From: Acidobacteriota bacterium | GTDB taxonomy: Bacteria > Acidobacteriota > B3-B38 > Guanabaribacteriales > JAGGZT01 | Length of the DNA stretch: 64,000 nt | Direction: 5' to 3' | Assembly (NCBI GenBank): GCA_021161905.1 | Contig: JAGGZT010000012.1 | Span: 17,675-81,674, forward strand | In this document: in pieces, positions 62,190 through 64,000 of the stretch | Position numbering within the stretch: position 1 is the first letter of the stretch | How the letters are laid out: each line of letters opens with the position of its first letter | Notes under the pieces: generated by a model | The model's input: the letters and a program-made list of their open reading frames with translations, nothing else | Database searches by the model: none | What the model was told of the DNA's origin: nothing | Position numbers and translations under genes: made by a program

Positions 62190-62218
62190 CTTTCCGCTAC
62201 TCCTTTCCTAATTAAAAA

Positions 62219-62404
62219 CTACCAGCTCGACTTTATCACTCCAGGTACCTCCCCCCTTAAGGCGAGGCTTCTGAAGCAAATACGGCAAATGCCAAACTTC
62301 CTCAGATATCCACGGGGCCTACCGCATAGCCTACACCGATTCCGCTGCCTCACCTTGAACTTTGGGGGACGCTTAGCTTTCTCAATTAACGCCTTTCTCG
62401 CCAC
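62219..62404 (-). CDS. rpsZ: 30S ribosomal protein S14 type Z (zinc-binding, 61 aa)
   Basis: [20 protein letters not shown] forms a C4 zinc knuckle. The short form is typical of Zn-ribbon S14. Confidence 0.92.
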   Translation of the reverse strand: MARKALIEKAKRPPKFKVRQRNRCRLCGRPRGYLRKFGICRICFRSLALRGEVPGVIKSSW

Positions 62405-62418
62405 CTTCTTATAACCTC

Positions 62419-62982
62419 CTATCTTCTCCTGAAGGGGAAGCCAAGGAGCTCAAGGAGCCTTCTTGCCTCTTCGTCAGTATTAGCGGTGGTGCATATGGTC
62501 ACATTCATCCCCTTTATCTTCACTATCTTGGAGTAATCGACCTCAGGAAAGATCGACTGGTCCCTAAGACCTAAGGTATAATTGCCCCTCCCATCAAAAG
62601 AACGGGTGGGAAGACCCCTAAAGTCGCGCACCCTGGGGAGAGCGATATTGACCAGCCGATCGAAGAATTCCCACATCCGTGTCCCCCTGATGGTCACGGT
62701 GCAACCCACTGGTTGCCCTGCCCGTAATTTGAAGGCAGCGATCGACTTCTTCGCCCGCCTTATGGCAGGACGCTGTCCCGTGATCAACGCCAGATCGTTC
62801 ATCACCCCATCAAGGATACGAATGTCCTGCGTCGCCTCACCTACCCCCATATTGACCACAATCTTCTCCAACCGAGGCACAGCCAGCTTGTTCTTATAGC
62901 CAAACTCCTTCATCAACTTGGGGACTATCTCCTTTTCATAAAGCTCCTTCAATCTCGGTATTATCTTCGCCTTGGCTATCAT
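62419..62982 (-). CDS. rplE: 50S ribosomal protein L5
   Basis: 187 aa with ...[14 protein letters not shown]... Confidence 0.93.
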   Translation of the reverse strand: MIAKAKIIPRLKELYEKEIVPKLMKEFGYKNKLAVPRLEKIVVNMGVGEATQDIRILDGVMNDLALITGQRPAIRRAKKSIAAFKLRAGQPVGCTVTIRGTRMWEFFDRLVNIALPRVRDFRGLPTRSFDGRGNYTLGLRDQSIFPEVDYSKIVKIKGMNVTICTTANTDEEARRLLELLGFPFRRR

Positions 62983-63305
62983 CTATCCAACACCCCTTGG
63001 CATTTCTTGCACACCCGAACCTTCTTCCCGTCCTCGAGAAAGATATGACCTACCCGGGTGGGCTCACCACACTCGGGACAGATAACCATCAGGTTGGAGA
63101 TATGAATCGGAGCCTCTCGCTCCACTATTCCACCTTTTATGTTCTTCTGAGGATTGGCTCGGGTATGACGCTTGACCATATTTACCTTCTCAACAAGCGC
63201 TCTCTCCCGCTTGGGAAAGACACGGAGCACCTTCCCTTGCTTCCCCCGATCCTTTCCCTGAATAACGAGCACTATATCGTTCTTCTTGATAGAGACCTTA
63301 GCCAT
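62979..63305 (-). CDS. rplX: 50S ribosomal protein L24
   Basis: KOW motif (...[13 protein letters not shown]...). The start is placed at MAKVSIKK with GGAGG 10 nt upstream; the ORF-track start at 63314 leaves only 1 nt of spacing. Confidence 0.9.
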   Translation of the reverse strand: MAKVSIKKNDIVLVIQGKDRGKQGKVLRVFPKRERALVEKVNMVKRHTRANPQKNIKGGIVEREAPIHISNLMVICPECGEPTRVGHIFLEDGKKVRVCKKCQGVLDR

Positions 63306-63319
63306 CTCCACCATACCTC

Positions 63320-63688
63320 CTATAACACCTCGGGGGCTAAGGAAACGATCTTGGTGAACTTCTTCTCCCTGAGCTCACGAGCTACCGGTCCGAAAACACG
63401 AGTTCCCAAGGGCTCCCCATACTTGTTTATAAGCACCGCAGCATTCTGGTCAAACCTAATATAGGTCCCGTCCTTCCTCCTCACCTCTTTCTTCGTCCTC
63501 ACGATCACCGCTCGTACAACCTGACCTTTCTTTATGTTGGAGTTCGGCACTGCCTCCTTTACCGAAGCGGTTATCACATCTCCTACCGTAGCGGTCCTTC
63601 CTACCCCAGAACCCACCGGAAGGATACAGGCGATCCTCTTCGCCCCCGAGTTATCAGCCACCTCCAAGATCGTCCGCATCTGAATCAT
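63320..63688 (-). CDS. rplN: 50S ribosomal protein L14
   Basis: 122 aa beginning [17 protein letters not shown]. Confidence 0.93.
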   Translation of the reverse strand: MIQMRTILEVADNSGAKRIACILPVGSGVGRTATVGDVITASVKEAVPNSNIKKGQVVRAVIVRTKKEVRRKDGTYIRFDQNAAVLINKYGEPLGTRVFGPVARELREKKFTKIVSLAPEVL

Positions 63689-63691
63689 CGA

Positions 63692-63994
63692 TCATCCCTC
63701 CTTCTCTTCAGGAACCAAATCCGTCTCCTCACCGGGAGAAAATCTCTCGCCGCCTCTCATCAATATTTTCTTCACCACCCAGCGCTTATGCCGACTTAAT
63801 GGTCTTGTTTCCTCGATGAGGACGACATCCCCTTCCTGACATCTATTTCCCTCATCGTGAGCCATAAACCTCCTGATCTTCCGCATCGTCCTCTTATAGA
63901 GGGGATGCTGAACCAAGGTGTCCACGCGAACTACCACCGTCTTATCCATCTTGGAGCTGATGACGGTGCCCGTTCTCGTCTGCCTCCTCCTCAT
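63692..63994 (-). CDS. rpsQ: 30S ribosomal protein S17 with an acidic C-terminal extension
   Basis: 100 aa with an OB fold (...[16 protein letters not shown]...[22 protein letters not shown]) plus the C-terminal extension [20 protein letters not shown]. The start lies 6 nt from the window edge. Confidence 0.88.
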   Translation of the reverse strand: MRRRQTRTGTVISSKMDKTVVVRVDTLVQHPLYKRTMRKIRRFMAHDEGNRCQEGDVVLIEETRPLSRHKRWVVKKILMRGGERFSPGEETDLVPEEKEG

Positions 63995-64000
63995 AATAAT

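Noticed and set aside
1-64000. Search for CRISPR arrays, IS elements or transposases, integrases, toxin-antitoxin pairs and tRNA/rRNA genes
   Set aside because: No spacer-repeat periodicity, terminal inverted repeats with a transposase ORF, or integrase-like ORF was seen. The largest non-coding gaps are about 150 nt or less and contain promoters or terminators rather than tRNA-like cloverleaf potential. tRNAscan and CRISPR finders could not be run, so short RNAs cannot be formally excluded.

Overview
This window is a dense, mostly minus-strand stretch of core chromosome from a diderm (Gram-negative-type) bacterium. I estimate about 50% GC from hand counts, and the lineage is not identifiable from the sequence alone. 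Nearly every gene is housekeeping and lies in conserved synteny. In order: lpxA-fabZ-lpxD-skp-bamA (outer-membrane and lipid A biogenesis), clpC, lolDE, lysS, etfBA, the full yceD-rpmF-plsX-fabHDG-acpP-fabF fatty-acid cluster, trxA, a HIT protein, the cmk-rpsA-hup block, hisC, rluB, scpAB, trpS, an M50 protease, uvrBC, mltG-ruvX, a tlpA-ccdA thiol-disulfide pair, dgt-deoA-deoB, ileS-lspA-lgt, an alanine symporter, rluD, an EF-G paralogue, and the 3' half of the spc/alpha ribosomal-protein operons (rpsQ through rplQ, including secY-adk-infA-rpmJ and rpoA). I found no rRNA, tRNA, CRISPR array, transposase or integrase, but I could not run tRNAscan or a CRISPR finder, so short RNA genes cannot be fully excluded. 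The parts that do not look routine are few. The main one is an AT-rich plus-strand three-gene cassette at about 27.9-29.5 kb: an orphan 75-aa ORF translationally coupled to two signal-peptide beta-barrel outer-membrane proteins, wedged between two minus-strand housekeeping blocks. The others are an unrecognisable 459-aa helical protein between uvrB and mltG, an EF-G paralogue whose catalytic histidine is replaced (DTPGY instead of DTPGH), etfBA fused onto the fab cluster, and lysine/glutamate-rich tails on ribosomal proteins S1 and L17. Several near-consensus sigma70 promoters and intrinsic terminators can be read directly; one of them shows that the ORF-track start of lysS cannot be correct.
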